DNA of 64,000 nt from Marine Group II euryarchaeote MED-G34 (GTDB taxonomy: Archaea; Thermoplasmatota; Poseidoniia; Poseidoniales; Thalassarchaeaceae), in assembly GCA_002457605.1 (NCBI GenBank), contig NTJT01000003.1:8748-72747 (forward strand), written 5' to 3'. Made by a program: the position numbers and the translations under genes. The notes below the pieces were generated by a model, which did no database searches, was not told the origin of the DNA, and saw only the letters and a list, made by a program, of their open reading frames with translations. Numbering within the stretch: position 1 is the first letter of the stretch; each line of letters starts with the position of its first letter. Shown piece after piece: positions 10,062-19,222 of the stretch.

Positions 10062-11060
10062 ATCGGGCTTAGCATTTACAATTCCCAGCGCTTCCATCAC
10101 AGGGCGGAGAATTCGCATAATATTGCTGTGCAACTCGGGAAGTAAATCAAACAGTGCCAGTGCCATAAGGAACATGGCGAACAGACTGCCAAACTTCGCG
10201 GCGTAACTATGAGAGAATTCAAACATCTCCATGCCCAAGAATGACCATTCGGTGTAATTATCTGTTAACCAGACGATTCCAGTATTCCTGAACACATTGA
10301 GGACGTGGATGGTGGGTATCGCAATGAACAAGGCCCTAATCCTTCTACTCCATTCCACTGAGCCAAGTGCCACTATCGCACCGACAAACACTATCATAGA
10401 TTGTAGTCCAGAGCATGCGAGTATGAAACTGACACTCACCAAAGTCCCATCAGAGTGTTCCAAAGGGACAAAGAAGCCATTCTCTCCTAAGGGTTCTGCC
10501 ATGACCCATCTGTTTCCCTTCCACTCTGAAGCCGGAATTTCCCCACCTTCTAGGAGATCTACCATCATCGGCCCCATTTGGTAGCTCCCGAGTCCTGTAA
10601 ATTCCAACATGAATTCTGTATTCCATGCGGTTGCGTAGACTAATGCCATATTGAGCCATGGAACGCTGTATACGACATAGTAAGGTATCACTGCCCACAC
10701 TACGCATCCCCTGAACCAAACCAGAGCATCAGGAGCATCTTTCCAGTTCCGAACTTCCCATACGCCGAGCGCTATACCTGCAGGAAGGGCTGAAGCAGTC
10801 ATCAAAACTAGAACGGGGTCCTTGATATCCACATAGTGCGAGGACTGTAGGTATAGGAATAACCCGACAGATATCCAACCAAGAGCCGATGAGTATGGTG
10901 CATACCACCTATCTTTGAGGTGGAAACCTATCCCAAGGGCAACAGCACCTAAGGCGCATATTAGCAGTTTCAAGCTAACATCAGCCATGCCCACAGAGTC
11001 TGCAATCATTGCCACGAGCAACCCCAGAGGCTCCTGCATCAGTGTGATTCGACCCATCAA
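10053..11060 (-). CDS. artA: Archaeosortase/exosortase-family polytopic membrane protein
   Basis: 335-aa multi-TM protein with the family catalytic-type motifs in order: SFILACSGLQSM (Cys), VLNVFRNTGIVW (Arg), FSHSYAAKFG (His). Confidence 0.6.
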   Translation of the reverse strand: MMGRITLMQEPLGLLVAMIADSVGMADVSLKLLICALGAVALGIGFHLKDRWYAPYSSALGWISVGLFLYLQSSHYVDIKDPVLVLMTASALPAGIALGVWEVRNWKDAPDALVWFRGCVVWAVIPYYVVYSVPWLNMALVYATAWNTEFMLEFTGLGSYQMGPMMVDLLEGGEIPASEWKGNRWVMAEPLGENGFFVPLEHSDGTLVSVSFILACSGLQSMIVFVGAIVALGSVEWSRRIRALFIAIPTIHVLNVFRNTGIVWLTDNYTEWSFLGMEMFEFSHSYAAKFGSLFAMFLMALALFDLLPELHSNIMRILRPVMEALGIVNAKPDST

Positions 11061-11072
11061 CCCGTAAATAGG

Positions 11073-11681
11073 ATGCCCTCACCGGCGGTAATGGGGATAC
11101 CTGTGAGTTTTGACTTTGATGAGTTCGCAGACTCATATATTGCAGATTTGAAGCAGACCCTAGATGACCTCCCCAGGGGTCCATTGAGAGAATTTTGGCG
11201 AATGGTTGAGAGTACCCGTACCAATGATGGTAGCATTCACTTCATCGGGAATGGAGGAAGTGCTGCTACGCCGTCTCATAGCGCTGGTGATTGGTCGAAG
11301 GAATTAGGCTTGCGAACAATCGCCCATACTGACAACGCCGCTTCTGTGACAGCTTGGGCTAATGACACAAATTTTACCAATATCTTTGTCGGACAATTGT
11401 CGACTTTCCTGAGAGAGGGTGACTTGGTCGTTGCATACAGTGGTTCAGGTAAATCTGCTAATGTCTTGAACGGCATGCATTACGCCAAACAGCAGGGTTG
11501 CTCAACAGTAGCAGTAACTGGTAATATCTCGGGTTCAAATCGGGAGAACAATGGAAATATCACGGATATCGCGGATATCTCAATTGTAGCCCCTACTGGA
11601 TCAATGGAGAGAATTGAGGACATCCAACTGGTGATTAACCACATCATCAAGGAGGCTGTCAAGGCCCATAATGGGTTGTGA
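11073..11681 (+). CDS. gmhA: SIS-domain sugar isomerase, phosphoheptose isomerase (GmhA/DiaA)-like
   Basis: IHFIGNGGSAATPSHSAGDW, TAWANDTNFTNIFVGQL, GDLVVAYSGSGKSANV and IQLVINHII match the GmhA pattern. Confidence 0.7.
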   Translation: MPSPAVMGIPVSFDFDEFADSYIADLKQTLDDLPRGPLREFWRMVESTRTNDGSIHFIGNGGSAATPSHSAGDWSKELGLRTIAHTDNAASVTAWANDTNFTNIFVGQLSTFLREGDLVVAYSGSGKSANVLNGMHYAKQQGCSTVAVTGNISGSNRENNGNITDIADISIVAPTGSMERIEDIQLVINHIIKEAVKAHNGL

Positions 11682-12327
11682 TGACATGCTCACACCTCAC
11701 CGAGACGATGTAGAATTAACTTCGCCACTGCAACTACCTCAACTTCCGAATGACGCTGTATGGGATGGGAGCATAGCATATCTGGATCGTGACGGCGTCA
11801 TCATCGAAGGATCAGAGAACTACGTGAATACCGTAGACGAAGTAGTTCTTCTACCCGATTCGGCTAAGTCCGTTGGCGATCTGAGGCGAGCAGGGTACAG
11901 AATCTGCATAGTGACAAATCAATCTCCTATCAACAGGGGCCTCTGGAGTAGCAGCAATCTATCGATGATTCATGATAGGATGCGTCAGTTGTTATTGCGG
12001 GACGATGGCGATGCACACCTCGATTTGATTCTACATAGCCCCTATGCTCCATGGGAGGGGGCTTGGGCACGTAAGCCGTTTCCGGGTATGCTTGAAGCAG
12101 GCAGACAGTTGATTGATAGCGCATCTTCAGATACCTCGTTGAAGAATATGAATCTCAAATTCGGTGATGATTGGTCTGACAGGCCAGATGAAAGTAATTC
12201 TGTAATGGTTGGCGATCGAGGAGTGGATATGTCTGCAGCAGCCAGATTTGGCGTCGTTGGATTTCTATGCGACCCGGATACAGGTATCTCAAGTGTCATG
12301 GATAGCATACTGGGGGACTCCTATTGA
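11671..12327 (+). CDS. gmhB: HAD-superfamily phosphatase, GmhB/HisB-N-like (D,D-heptose bisphosphate phosphatase family)
   Basis: HAD motif I YLDRDGVI, motif II VTNQS, RKPFPGML, motif IV VGDRGVDMSAA. It lacks the Zn-binding Cys cluster of classical GmhB. Overlaps the upstream SIS gene by 11 nt. Confidence 0.6.
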   Translation: MGCDDMLTPHRDDVELTSPLQLPQLPNDAVWDGSIAYLDRDGVIIEGSENYVNTVDEVVLLPDSAKSVGDLRRAGYRICIVTNQSPINRGLWSSSNLSMIHDRMRQLLLRDDGDAHLDLILHSPYAPWEGAWARKPFPGMLEAGRQLIDSASSDTSLKNMNLKFGDDWSDRPDESNSVMVGDRGVDMSAAARFGVVGFLCDPDTGISSVMDSILGDSY

Positions 12328-13583
12328 AATCGGGCCATCTGGCTCTACGAATCGGGTTGGATGACACTGATCACCCACTCTCAGGATGTACCACCTCGAC
12401 GTTTGACGAACTCCTTAGTCTACTAGTGGCGAAAATTCCAGATTTCCATGTTATCGAGAGGGGACTGGTCAGGTTATGGCCATTCGCAGCACGCAGGACT
12501 CGCGGTAATGGGGCATTGCGTGCCGAGGTCAGTATCCCTCAGAGTAGGAAAGCAGAATTTAGGAGTCTATGTTGTGAATGGTTTGAAGATGTAATGGAAG
12601 AGGTGGCGAATCAGCCAAATTCATCTACTCCTGCAGCACCTGTACTCCTAGTTTCAGAAAACCCTCCTCCGGAGGAATGGTACTGGGAAGCAGTGACCGG
12701 TCATGTAGAACTACAGTCTCGTATAGTATCGATTCACAACGAAGGATGTTGGATGCTGTCTGGCGAAGAGAAGTGGGGTGCTGTCGGGGCCAGTGCTGCT
12801 ATAGCATGGAGTCCAGGGATTACATCAACCTGGGAACTTATTGCATGGAGAAATCATGAATTGATTGGGCAACCGAGAAAGATAACATCTGAGGCTGTTA
12901 GGATGATGGAGGGAGAACATCCCTTGACTTTCGTTAACAGAGATCCGACAGCAGGACGAGGACTAATTGCACCCAGGACCCCCTGTCCAGTACTATACGG
13001 TATTAGGGGCGCCACATCTGAATGTGTAGAGGATGCCCATCACTGGATGCAATCTCGTAGTGATGTGGAACAATCAGTCCGATGGGGAGTGCACAGAACG
13101 AATCAGTTGACTGACGACCATCTAGGCATGGTGACATTTGGTACCGTAATCAGTAGTCCGGAAGAGGTTAAAGGGGCCCACTCAAACATTTCAGTTTTCT
13201 CCGAAGGAAGTAGAGTAGAACTAGTCGCATTCTCTGAAGGCGGACCTGTGAACAGGCTTCTCAGGACGTTGCAGATTGGAGATCGAGTCGCGTGGCTTGG
13301 TCTTGCAGCCCAAGATGACGCAATCCATCTTGAACGCTTGACTCTAGTTAATCAGGTGCCTAGGGTGGTTGGTAGGCCGACATGCTGCAACAGAACAATG
13401 CGCAGCGGCGGCGCAGGCCAACAACTGAGGTGCCGTGAATGTGGAAGTACGTCCCAAAGGGAGTGGGATAGTGAAGAAGCGGACCTGAGTGGAATTGAAT
13501 TAGTCGAAAATTGGTCACAACCCCCTCCTTCTAATCGTAGACATCTGGCTATGCCCCTAGAGTTAGGAATTCCGGGGGCATAA
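12324..13583 (+). CDS. tiaS: tRNA(Ile2) 2-agmatinylcytidine synthetase
   Basis: N-terminal RIGLDDTDHPLSGCTTSTF (TiaS kinase-domain signature) and a C-terminal Zn ribbon (CCNRT...CRECGS). 419 aa. Apparent TTG start overlaps the gmhB-like stop. Confidence 0.8.
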   Translation: MKSGHLALRIGLDDTDHPLSGCTTSTFDELLSLLVAKIPDFHVIERGLVRLWPFAARRTRGNGALRAEVSIPQSRKAEFRSLCCEWFEDVMEEVANQPNSSTPAAPVLLVSENPPPEEWYWEAVTGHVELQSRIVSIHNEGCWMLSGEEKWGAVGASAAIAWSPGITSTWELIAWRNHELIGQPRKITSEAVRMMEGEHPLTFVNRDPTAGRGLIAPRTPCPVLYGIRGATSECVEDAHHWMQSRSDVEQSVRWGVHRTNQLTDDHLGMVTFGTVISSPEEVKGAHSNISVFSEGSRVELVAFSEGGPVNRLLRTLQIGDRVAWLGLAAQDDAIHLERLTLVNQVPRVVGRPTCCNRTMRSGGAGQQLRCRECGSTSQREWDSEEADLSGIELVENWSQPPPSNRRHLAMPLELGIPGA

Positions 13584-13586
13584 TAC

Positions 13587-13802
13587 GTGGTGTCAACAGA
13601 TGCAATCGCAGTGGCACTGACTGTGTCCGCAGCCCTCTTGCTAAGGGAACTAATACGAAGAAGGAGGTCTGGGGACAACTTCGACGAAGAATCTGAGTAC
13701 TCCGGAACGGCTAGGAATCCTGATGCACTGGAATCAGCTGATGATCAAGCTCTAGAGGAACTAGACAGACTCCTGGAGATTTATGGTGCGGACACGGATT
13801 AG
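13587..13802 (+). CDS. Hypothetical small protein (N-terminal TM helix, acidic tail)
   Basis: 71-aa ORF with a GTG start 4 nt after the tiaS stop. One hydrophobic helix followed by RRRRS and an acidic C-terminus. No recognisable family. Confidence 0.3.
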   Translation: MVSTDAIAVALTVSAALLLRELIRRRRSGDNFDEESEYSGTARNPDALESADDQALEELDRLLEIYGADTD

Positions 13803-13858
13803 TAATCTGCTAGTTCAGACTCCCTGAATGCAACAGTTTCTATCGAGAATGCTATACA

Positions 13859-14089
13859 ATGCCATACTGCCGCAAGACCGTGACACAGCAGACGGAGAGG
13901 ATACCACGGCGCCCTCCACCGGACTATGAGGAGTCGGAGGAAGGCATGATGGGAGCAATCTCAGATGCTGGATTCCTCAGTGTGGCATTGAACGACGCCA
14001 ATCAATACGGCCCTCACGCAATGGTGATGTTGCTGGGAATATTTGCATCACTGACAGGACTGGTCCTTCTAGCATTGATGGCTCTCTAG
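13859..14089 (+). CDS. Hypothetical small tail-anchored membrane protein
   Basis: 76-aa ORF with a C-terminal hydrophobic helix (MVMLLGIFASLTGLVLLALMAL). No recognisable family. The true start may be the internal MMGAIS. Confidence 0.3.
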   Translation: MPYCRKTVTQQTERIPRRPPPDYEESEEGMMGAISDAGFLSVALNDANQYGPHAMVMLLGIFASLTGLVLLALMAL

Positions 14090-15435
14090 TCCAGCATAGT
14101 GCGCGCTCTAGCTACCGCTTCGTCTACGATACGCCCACTGTGACCCAAATGGCCTTCCGGGCGAAATAAATCACTTAGTTCAGACGAATCGAAAATACTC
14201 GAAATACCACTATCTTTGGCACACACAGCTTCCAATGTATCGCCACTGGAAAGCGCCACCATTGATGCCTCTCTCAGCATTTCGTGTGCTTTATCTCTAG
14301 CGACACCCCTGTCGACTAGAGCCAACATTACTTTCTCGGCCATGACGAGTCCCTTCTGAGAGTCTATATTGGCTCGCATCCTGCTTGAATCTACAACGAG
14401 ATTAGACAGGACCCTATCGGTCTTGGCCAAGATGTCGTCTAGAAGAATCATTGAATGAGATAGCGTAAACCTCTCAGCCGAGGAGTTCGCAAGATCTCTC
14501 TCATGCCACAACAGCGCGTTCTCATATGATGGCACAATCATTGAACGGACAATCCTAGCCAGACCACAGGCGTTCTCAGAAGTAATCGGATTGCGTTTGT
14601 GAGCCATCGTCGAAGAACCAACCTGTTTGTCTGTATCGAAAGCCTCAGCAACCTCAGCAATCTCGGTTCTCTGAAGGTTCCTGACCTCTTGCAACACCTT
14701 CTCGACGCTAGTGGCGACATTTGCCATCCAGCCGACCCATTCGATGTATCGATCTCGACCGACGACTTGGGTAGTGGCAACGGGAGTTCCGAGCCCCAGT
14801 TCTCCCATGATGAGGCTCTGTAGTTCGAACGCTTGATCACCCTGCGCTGCACCAGTTCCAACCGCACCTAGGAATTTTCCTGTGGTGGCACGGGAGGCCA
14901 ATTCTTCAAGCCTCTCAAGATGCCTAGAGAATTCATCTACCCAAACCGCAACTTTCAGGCCAAATGTGATTGGTACCGCGGCTTGTCCGTGAGTTCGCCC
15001 CAGCATGACAGTGTCCCTTTCCCGCTCAGCAATCTCACACATGGTCCCCATTAACTGCTTGAGGGCATCACGTTGCATCACAATACTGTCCTTGATCTGC
15101 AGCGCTACAGCTGAATCGACTATGTCATTGCTGGTGGCACCTAGGTGGATGCACCAACCAGCATCACCGGCAGCTTCAGCCATTGCCTTTGTCAGTGCCA
15201 TGATATCATGCTTAGTTTCAGCCTCGATTTCGTCTACTCGGTCTGCTGTGACTATTCCAGGATCGGCGATGTCTGCGACCTTGTCATAGTCTTCCACAGT
15301 TACTCTACCAAGTTGGCAGTGGGCCCATACAAGAGCCCTTTCGACCTCTAATTGACGTGTGTGTCGACCTTCTCGAGACCAGATATGTTTGGCCTCGTCA
15401 CGACCGTATCTGTAGTCCAACGGCGATACTGACAC
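14086..15435 (-). CDS. purB: Adenylosuccinate lyase
   Basis: SPLDYRYGR N-terminus and the fumarate-lyase signature GSSTMAHKRNP. 449 aa. Confidence 0.9.
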   Translation of the reverse strand: MSVSPLDYRYGRDEAKHIWSREGRHTRQLEVERALVWAHCQLGRVTVEDYDKVADIADPGIVTADRVDEIEAETKHDIMALTKAMAEAAGDAGWCIHLGATSNDIVDSAVALQIKDSIVMQRDALKQLMGTMCEIAERERDTVMLGRTHGQAAVPITFGLKVAVWVDEFSRHLERLEELASRATTGKFLGAVGTGAAQGDQAFELQSLIMGELGLGTPVATTQVVGRDRYIEWVGWMANVATSVEKVLQEVRNLQRTEIAEVAEAFDTDKQVGSSTMAHKRNPITSENACGLARIVRSMIVPSYENALLWHERDLANSSAERFTLSHSMILLDDILAKTDRVLSNLVVDSSRMRANIDSQKGLVMAEKVMLALVDRGVARDKAHEMLREASMVALSSGDTLEAVCAKDSGISSIFDSSELSDLFRPEGHLGHSGRIVDEAVARARTMLD

Positions 15436-15477
15436 AGTCTTCCCCGTGACCAGCCGACCCCAGACCCCTGTTTGAGG

Positions 15478-16233
15478 CTAGCGCATGGGCGATAATCTTG
15501 CAGATTCTATATTCCAAACACCTCTGGTACCATCCCACAGGCTCTCAGCACTGCATTCTATACGGGCATGCATGTGTGGTGCTGCAAGTACTACGGTCTC
15601 AAACTCGCCTCCTTCACCATCTAGATTGAATCTGTGCCTCTCGGCCAGTTCTTCCAGTACCGCTAACGACTCATTATCCACTCTCCTTCCTAGCCAATCT
15701 TCGCCCAAACCCTCGGAAGATACCGATGCTATTCGCGCATCGAATCCATGATCCACCAGGGCATGCATGTGCTCGTGAGATTCGTGATGCCACAATGGAC
15801 TGTATGAGATAATGCCAAGACGTTCGCACATCCTGTCAATTCGCGTCTTTTGGTAGTCCGAACGGAGCGCCCCTGCAACAAGTGCGTCAAAGTTAGGCGC
15901 ATCTGTCAAAATCTCAAGCTGCTCCGGCATATCCCAATCTTGCGGCCATGATTCAAAGAAAGCGGATTGAACATCGCTGTGCCCTCGCAGGGCCTCTTCC
16001 AACTCAAGGACCTCATGATTCTCCTCGCCTGAACTCAGCACTGGGAGCCACGGCACTCCCATAGATGCAGCCTGCAATGCAGCTACGGCCGTTCCATTCA
16101 ATTGATACATCATAGAATCATCTCCCGAAACGCAGACAGTCACGAGACACTCTACTTCCCAACCTCTCATCATGGCCCACCATGCTGCGTAAGCCGAATC
16201 TTTCCCGGCAGAAGCTAGGACCGCAACCCGCAT
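15478..16233 (-). CDS. dph6: Diphthine--ammonia ligase (MJ0570-type PP-loop ATPase)
   Basis: N-terminal PP-loop MRVAVLASAGKDSAYAAWWA followed by a DSMMYQ-type motif. Size (251 aa) fits archaeal Dph6. Confidence 0.7.
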   Translation of the reverse strand: MRVAVLASAGKDSAYAAWWAMMRGWEVECLVTVCVSGDDSMMYQLNGTAVAALQAASMGVPWLPVLSSGEENHEVLELEEALRGHSDVQSAFFESWPQDWDMPEQLEILTDAPNFDALVAGALRSDYQKTRIDRMCERLGIISYSPLWHHESHEHMHALVDHGFDARIASVSSEGLGEDWLGRRVDNESLAVLEELAERHRFNLDGEGGEFETVVLAAPHMHARIECSAESLWDGTRGVWNIESARLSPMR

Positions 16234-16331
16234 ACTCCTGCGTATCGCTTCATCACCAAGAATGCCGCGATGCGCAAGACTCTATCCAACCAAGATTCAT
16301 AAGACTCCGTCTTGGGTCCATCTCGTTGACC

Positions 16332-17042
16332 ATGCAGCCCAGTGGACGCGGATATGACTCAGGAGTCTCTACCTTTTCACCAGACGGCAGGCTATATCAG
16401 GTCGAATACGCCCGAGAATCGGTGAAGAGAGGCACTACTACTGTGGGGCTGAAGTACCGCGATGGAGTCATTCTAATAGTGGACAAGAGAATTTCCAGTA
16501 AGCTGGTAATAGCTGATTCTATAGAGAAAATGTATCAGATTGACGACCACATTGGGATAACTACCTCTGGCCTAGTTGCGGATGCACGACAACTAGTTGA
16601 CCGTGCTCGCGTACAGTGCCAAGTCAACCGTATGACCTATGGGGATTCGATAGCTGTCACATCCCTAGTCAAGAAGATGTGTGACCATAAACAGTCTTTC
16701 ACTCAGTATGGTGGAGCACGTCCATTCGGAACCGCTCTGCTGATTGCTGGAATCGATGATGAAGGAATCCATCTGTTCGAGACCGATCCCTCTGGTGCCT
16801 ACCAATCGTATCAAGCCGGAGCTATTGGCAGGGGCCGCTCTGCTGTCATAGACCACTTTGAGAGCAGCTGGAAGGCAAACATGACTCAAAATGCAGCCAT
16901 CAAACTTGGATTGGAGGCTCTTAGGGAGTCCTTGGAAGATGATCTCAACTCTGACACTGTGGAGATAGCGGTTGTGAACTCAGATGGCTACTGTAAGCTA
17001 GATCACGAAACTACACTGAAACACCTTGGAAAGCTATCCTGA
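16332..17042 (+). CDS. psmA: Proteasome subunit alpha
   Basis: YDSGVSTFSPDGRLYQVEYA alpha-subunit signature. I moved the start to the internal ATG at 16332 (MQPSGRGYD). The longer ORF from 16182 overlaps dph6 and adds a non-conserved leader. Confidence 0.9.
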   Translation: MQPSGRGYDSGVSTFSPDGRLYQVEYARESVKRGTTTVGLKYRDGVILIVDKRISSKLVIADSIEKMYQIDDHIGITTSGLVADARQLVDRARVQCQVNRMTYGDSIAVTSLVKKMCDHKQSFTQYGGARPFGTALLIAGIDDEGIHLFETDPSGAYQSYQAGAIGRGRSAVIDHFESSWKANMTQNAAIKLGLEALRESLEDDLNSDTVEIAVVNSDGYCKLDHETTLKHLGKLS

Positions 17043-17081
17043 GTACATTCATCTAAGGACATCCCCCTCCTGTGCCATAAC

Positions 17082-17771
17082 ATGGTCAGCCTCGACGACG
17101 CAGTACTCGCCCGCCTTGAGAAGGGCGGTTCTAGGTACGAGATTCTCGTCGACCCCGAATTAGTTGAGACTTGGAAGGCAGATCCAAATTCTGTAGAATT
17201 GTCCGACCTGCTTGCTATAGACGAAGTGTGGTCAGATGCTAAGGCCGGAGATAGACCAACTTCCGATGCCCTAGAGAGGGTATTCGGAAGCACCGATCTT
17301 TCAACATGCGTGGATAAGATTCTCAGGGATGGCTCAATACAACTGACGACCGCTCAGAGGCGGCAGATGGTAGATGAGAGGATGAAGCAGATTGTCAATG
17401 AGATAGCGATGACGGCTACCGATCCAAAGACCAAGTTACCACATCCTCCGACTCGAATCGAGAACGCTTTGCAAGAAGCCCGTTTCAAAGCCGACCCCTT
17501 TCTATCTGTGGAGCGTCAGGTGAAAGACGCGGTGAGTATTCTGAAGCCGATTATTCCACTTCAATTTATCACAATAAAACTGGCTTTCAAAGTACCTGGT
17601 AAGGATTACGGCGGAGTCAGTAATCTACTACGCGATTCCATGCAGAAAGATCAGTGGCTTCCAGACGGTTCTTGGGCTTGCGTCATCGAGGTCCCTGGAG
17701 GTATGAAGAATGAGATCATCAGCAGGGTAGCTAACCGCTCTTCAGAGGTAGAAGTTAGAGAAATGGACTGA
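17082..17771 (+). CDS. sdo1: SBDS/Sdo1-family ribosome maturation protein
   Basis: ARLEKGGSRYEILVDPE N-terminal FYSH-domain pattern. 229 aa. Canonical position between psmA and rrp4 in the archaeal exosome superoperon. Confidence 0.85.
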   Translation: MVSLDDAVLARLEKGGSRYEILVDPELVETWKADPNSVELSDLLAIDEVWSDAKAGDRPTSDALERVFGSTDLSTCVDKILRDGSIQLTTAQRRQMVDERMKQIVNEIAMTATDPKTKLPHPPTRIENALQEARFKADPFLSVERQVKDAVSILKPIIPLQFITIKLAFKVPGKDYGGVSNLLRDSMQKDQWLPDGSWACVIEVPGGMKNEIISRVANRSSEVEVREMD

Positions 17772-17783
17772 GGCGCACCGAAG

Positions 17784-18506
17784 GTGTCTGCATCAATGGT
17801 TATGAAGGATGGGCGGGTCGCGCGGCCAGATAACATGAGTGTTAGCAATGACGCGGGCGGACCGCGAAACCAAGGACGGGCTTCCCTGCTCGTCGCACCG
17901 GGAGAGGATCTCGGGGAATCAGAGGGCCACGAAGCCGGTCACGGAGTCCTAGAAATGGACGGACGGCTACGTGCGACGAAGCACGGAAGAGTGAACGATA
18001 ACGGCACTGAGATTGCCATAGAGCCGCTTCGAACGGCCTACATACCACGACCGAGTGATCTGGTCATCGGATACGTAGAGGGATGCACCAACAATATCTG
18101 GTTCATCGACATTGGAGCACCATTTAACGCAATATTACCTATGAGCCTCGGGCCTGGTAAAGCCGCATTCGGTGGGACTAGGAGTATCATGGATATCGGC
18201 GAAGCCGTGCTATGCAGGGTGCAGGAGGTCGAGGAGACCCATTCTAGTGTAGTCACTATGAAGGGCATGGGACTGCGAAAGATTCGCTCTGGTAACATAG
18301 AGCAGGTCGACCCGCATCTACTTGGGCGACTCATAGGCAAGGGAGGAAAGGCCCTGCGCCAACTCAAGGAAGACACTGATTGCAGAATCATAGTCGCTGA
18401 CAACGGAAGAGTTTGGATAGACGGGGAGTTTGACGGCATCGTCTCTGCCCGTGATCAACTCAAAGCCATGTCAGACGACGCCAAATCGATAGGAGTTGAT
18501 GCTTGA
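17784..18506 (+). CDS. rrp4: Exosome complex RNA-binding subunit Rrp4 (S1 + KH)
   Basis: VAPGEDLG N-terminal domain, S1 region YIPRPSDLVIGYV, KH-like GRLIGKGGKALRQLKE. The start is uncertain: GTG at 17784 or a downstream Met. Confidence 0.85.
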   Translation: MSASMVMKDGRVARPDNMSVSNDAGGPRNQGRASLLVAPGEDLGESEGHEAGHGVLEMDGRLRATKHGRVNDNGTEIAIEPLRTAYIPRPSDLVIGYVEGCTNNIWFIDIGAPFNAILPMSLGPGKAAFGGTRSIMDIGEAVLCRVQEVEETHSSVVTMKGMGLRKIRSGNIEQVDPHLLGRLIGKGGKALRQLKEDTDCRIIVADNGRVWIDGEFDGIVSARDQLKAMSDDAKSIGVDA

Positions 18507-19222
18507 TGGGAGGTTATGGCGACGTGCAGATGATTGACGAGAACGGTATTCGAGTGGACGGTCGTGGACCAGGCGACTTGAGACCTGTCTCGATTGAGAC
18601 GGGAGTTATCCCAGTCGCAGACGGCTCCGCTCGTGTGATATGGGGTACCAATCATGCAGTAGCGGCAGTATACGGGCCCATGGAGTGCCACCCAAGGAAG
18701 ATTCAGCGACAGGACCGTGCCGTACTGGATGTACGTTACAACATGGCCCCCTTCTCAACAACCGATCGGATGCGACCCGGTTTCAACCGCCGCAGCAGGG
18801 AAATCAGCAAAGTAACTGCAGATGCACTTGAGAGTGTAGTGTTACTGGAGATGTATCCCCGATGTAAGGTTCGAGTGGAAATCGAGATTCTTTGTGCCGA
18901 GGCCGGAACCCGCTGCGTGGGCTTGACTGCCGCTTCGGTTGCCTTGGCACATGCAGGAATACCCATGACAGACATGGTGGTTTCCGTTGCTTCAGGTAAA
19001 ATCAACGATGTTGTCGTATGTGACTTGAACAAGGAAGAGGACAATTACGGGGAAGCCGACTTACCTATGGGAATTCTTCCTAACTCTGGAGAACTCGTGT
19101 TCCTGCAAATGGATGGCGACTTGTCGCAAGCAGAATTCCAACAGGCTTGGGATTACAATATGGAAGCAGCGATGGTGGTCCACCAGATAATGGTCGACGC
19201 ACTCAAAGGAGGCGATGCGTGA
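18506..19222 (+). CDS. rrp41: Exosome complex exonuclease Rrp41 (RNase PH fold)
   Basis: IRVDGRGPGDLRP and RNase PH core motifs. The ATG at 18506 shares its A with the rrp4 TGA (TGATG junction). Confidence 0.9.
   Translation: MGGYGDVQMIDENGIRVDGRGPGDLRPVSIETGVIPVADGSARVIWGTNHAVAAVYGPMECHPRKIQRQDRAVLDVRYNMAPFSTTDRMRPGFNRRSREISKVTADALESVVLLEMYPRCKVRVEIEILCAEAGTRCVGLTAASVALAHAGIPMTDMVVSVASGKINDVVVCDLNKEEDNYGEADLPMGILPNSGELVFLQMDGDLSQAEFQQAWDYNMEAAMVVHQIMVDALKGGDA

Noticed and set aside
16182-16331. N-terminal extensions suggested by the ORF track for psmA (16182), mqnD (42605), priS (42535), mbf1 (50037), hutI (59213), rps7 (24931), EF-2 (25640), proS (34636) and hutU (52938)
   Set aside because: The extensions are non-conserved, often Cys/Arg-rich, and overlap neighbouring genes or divergent promoters. 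Internal ATGs give N-termini matching the family consensus.
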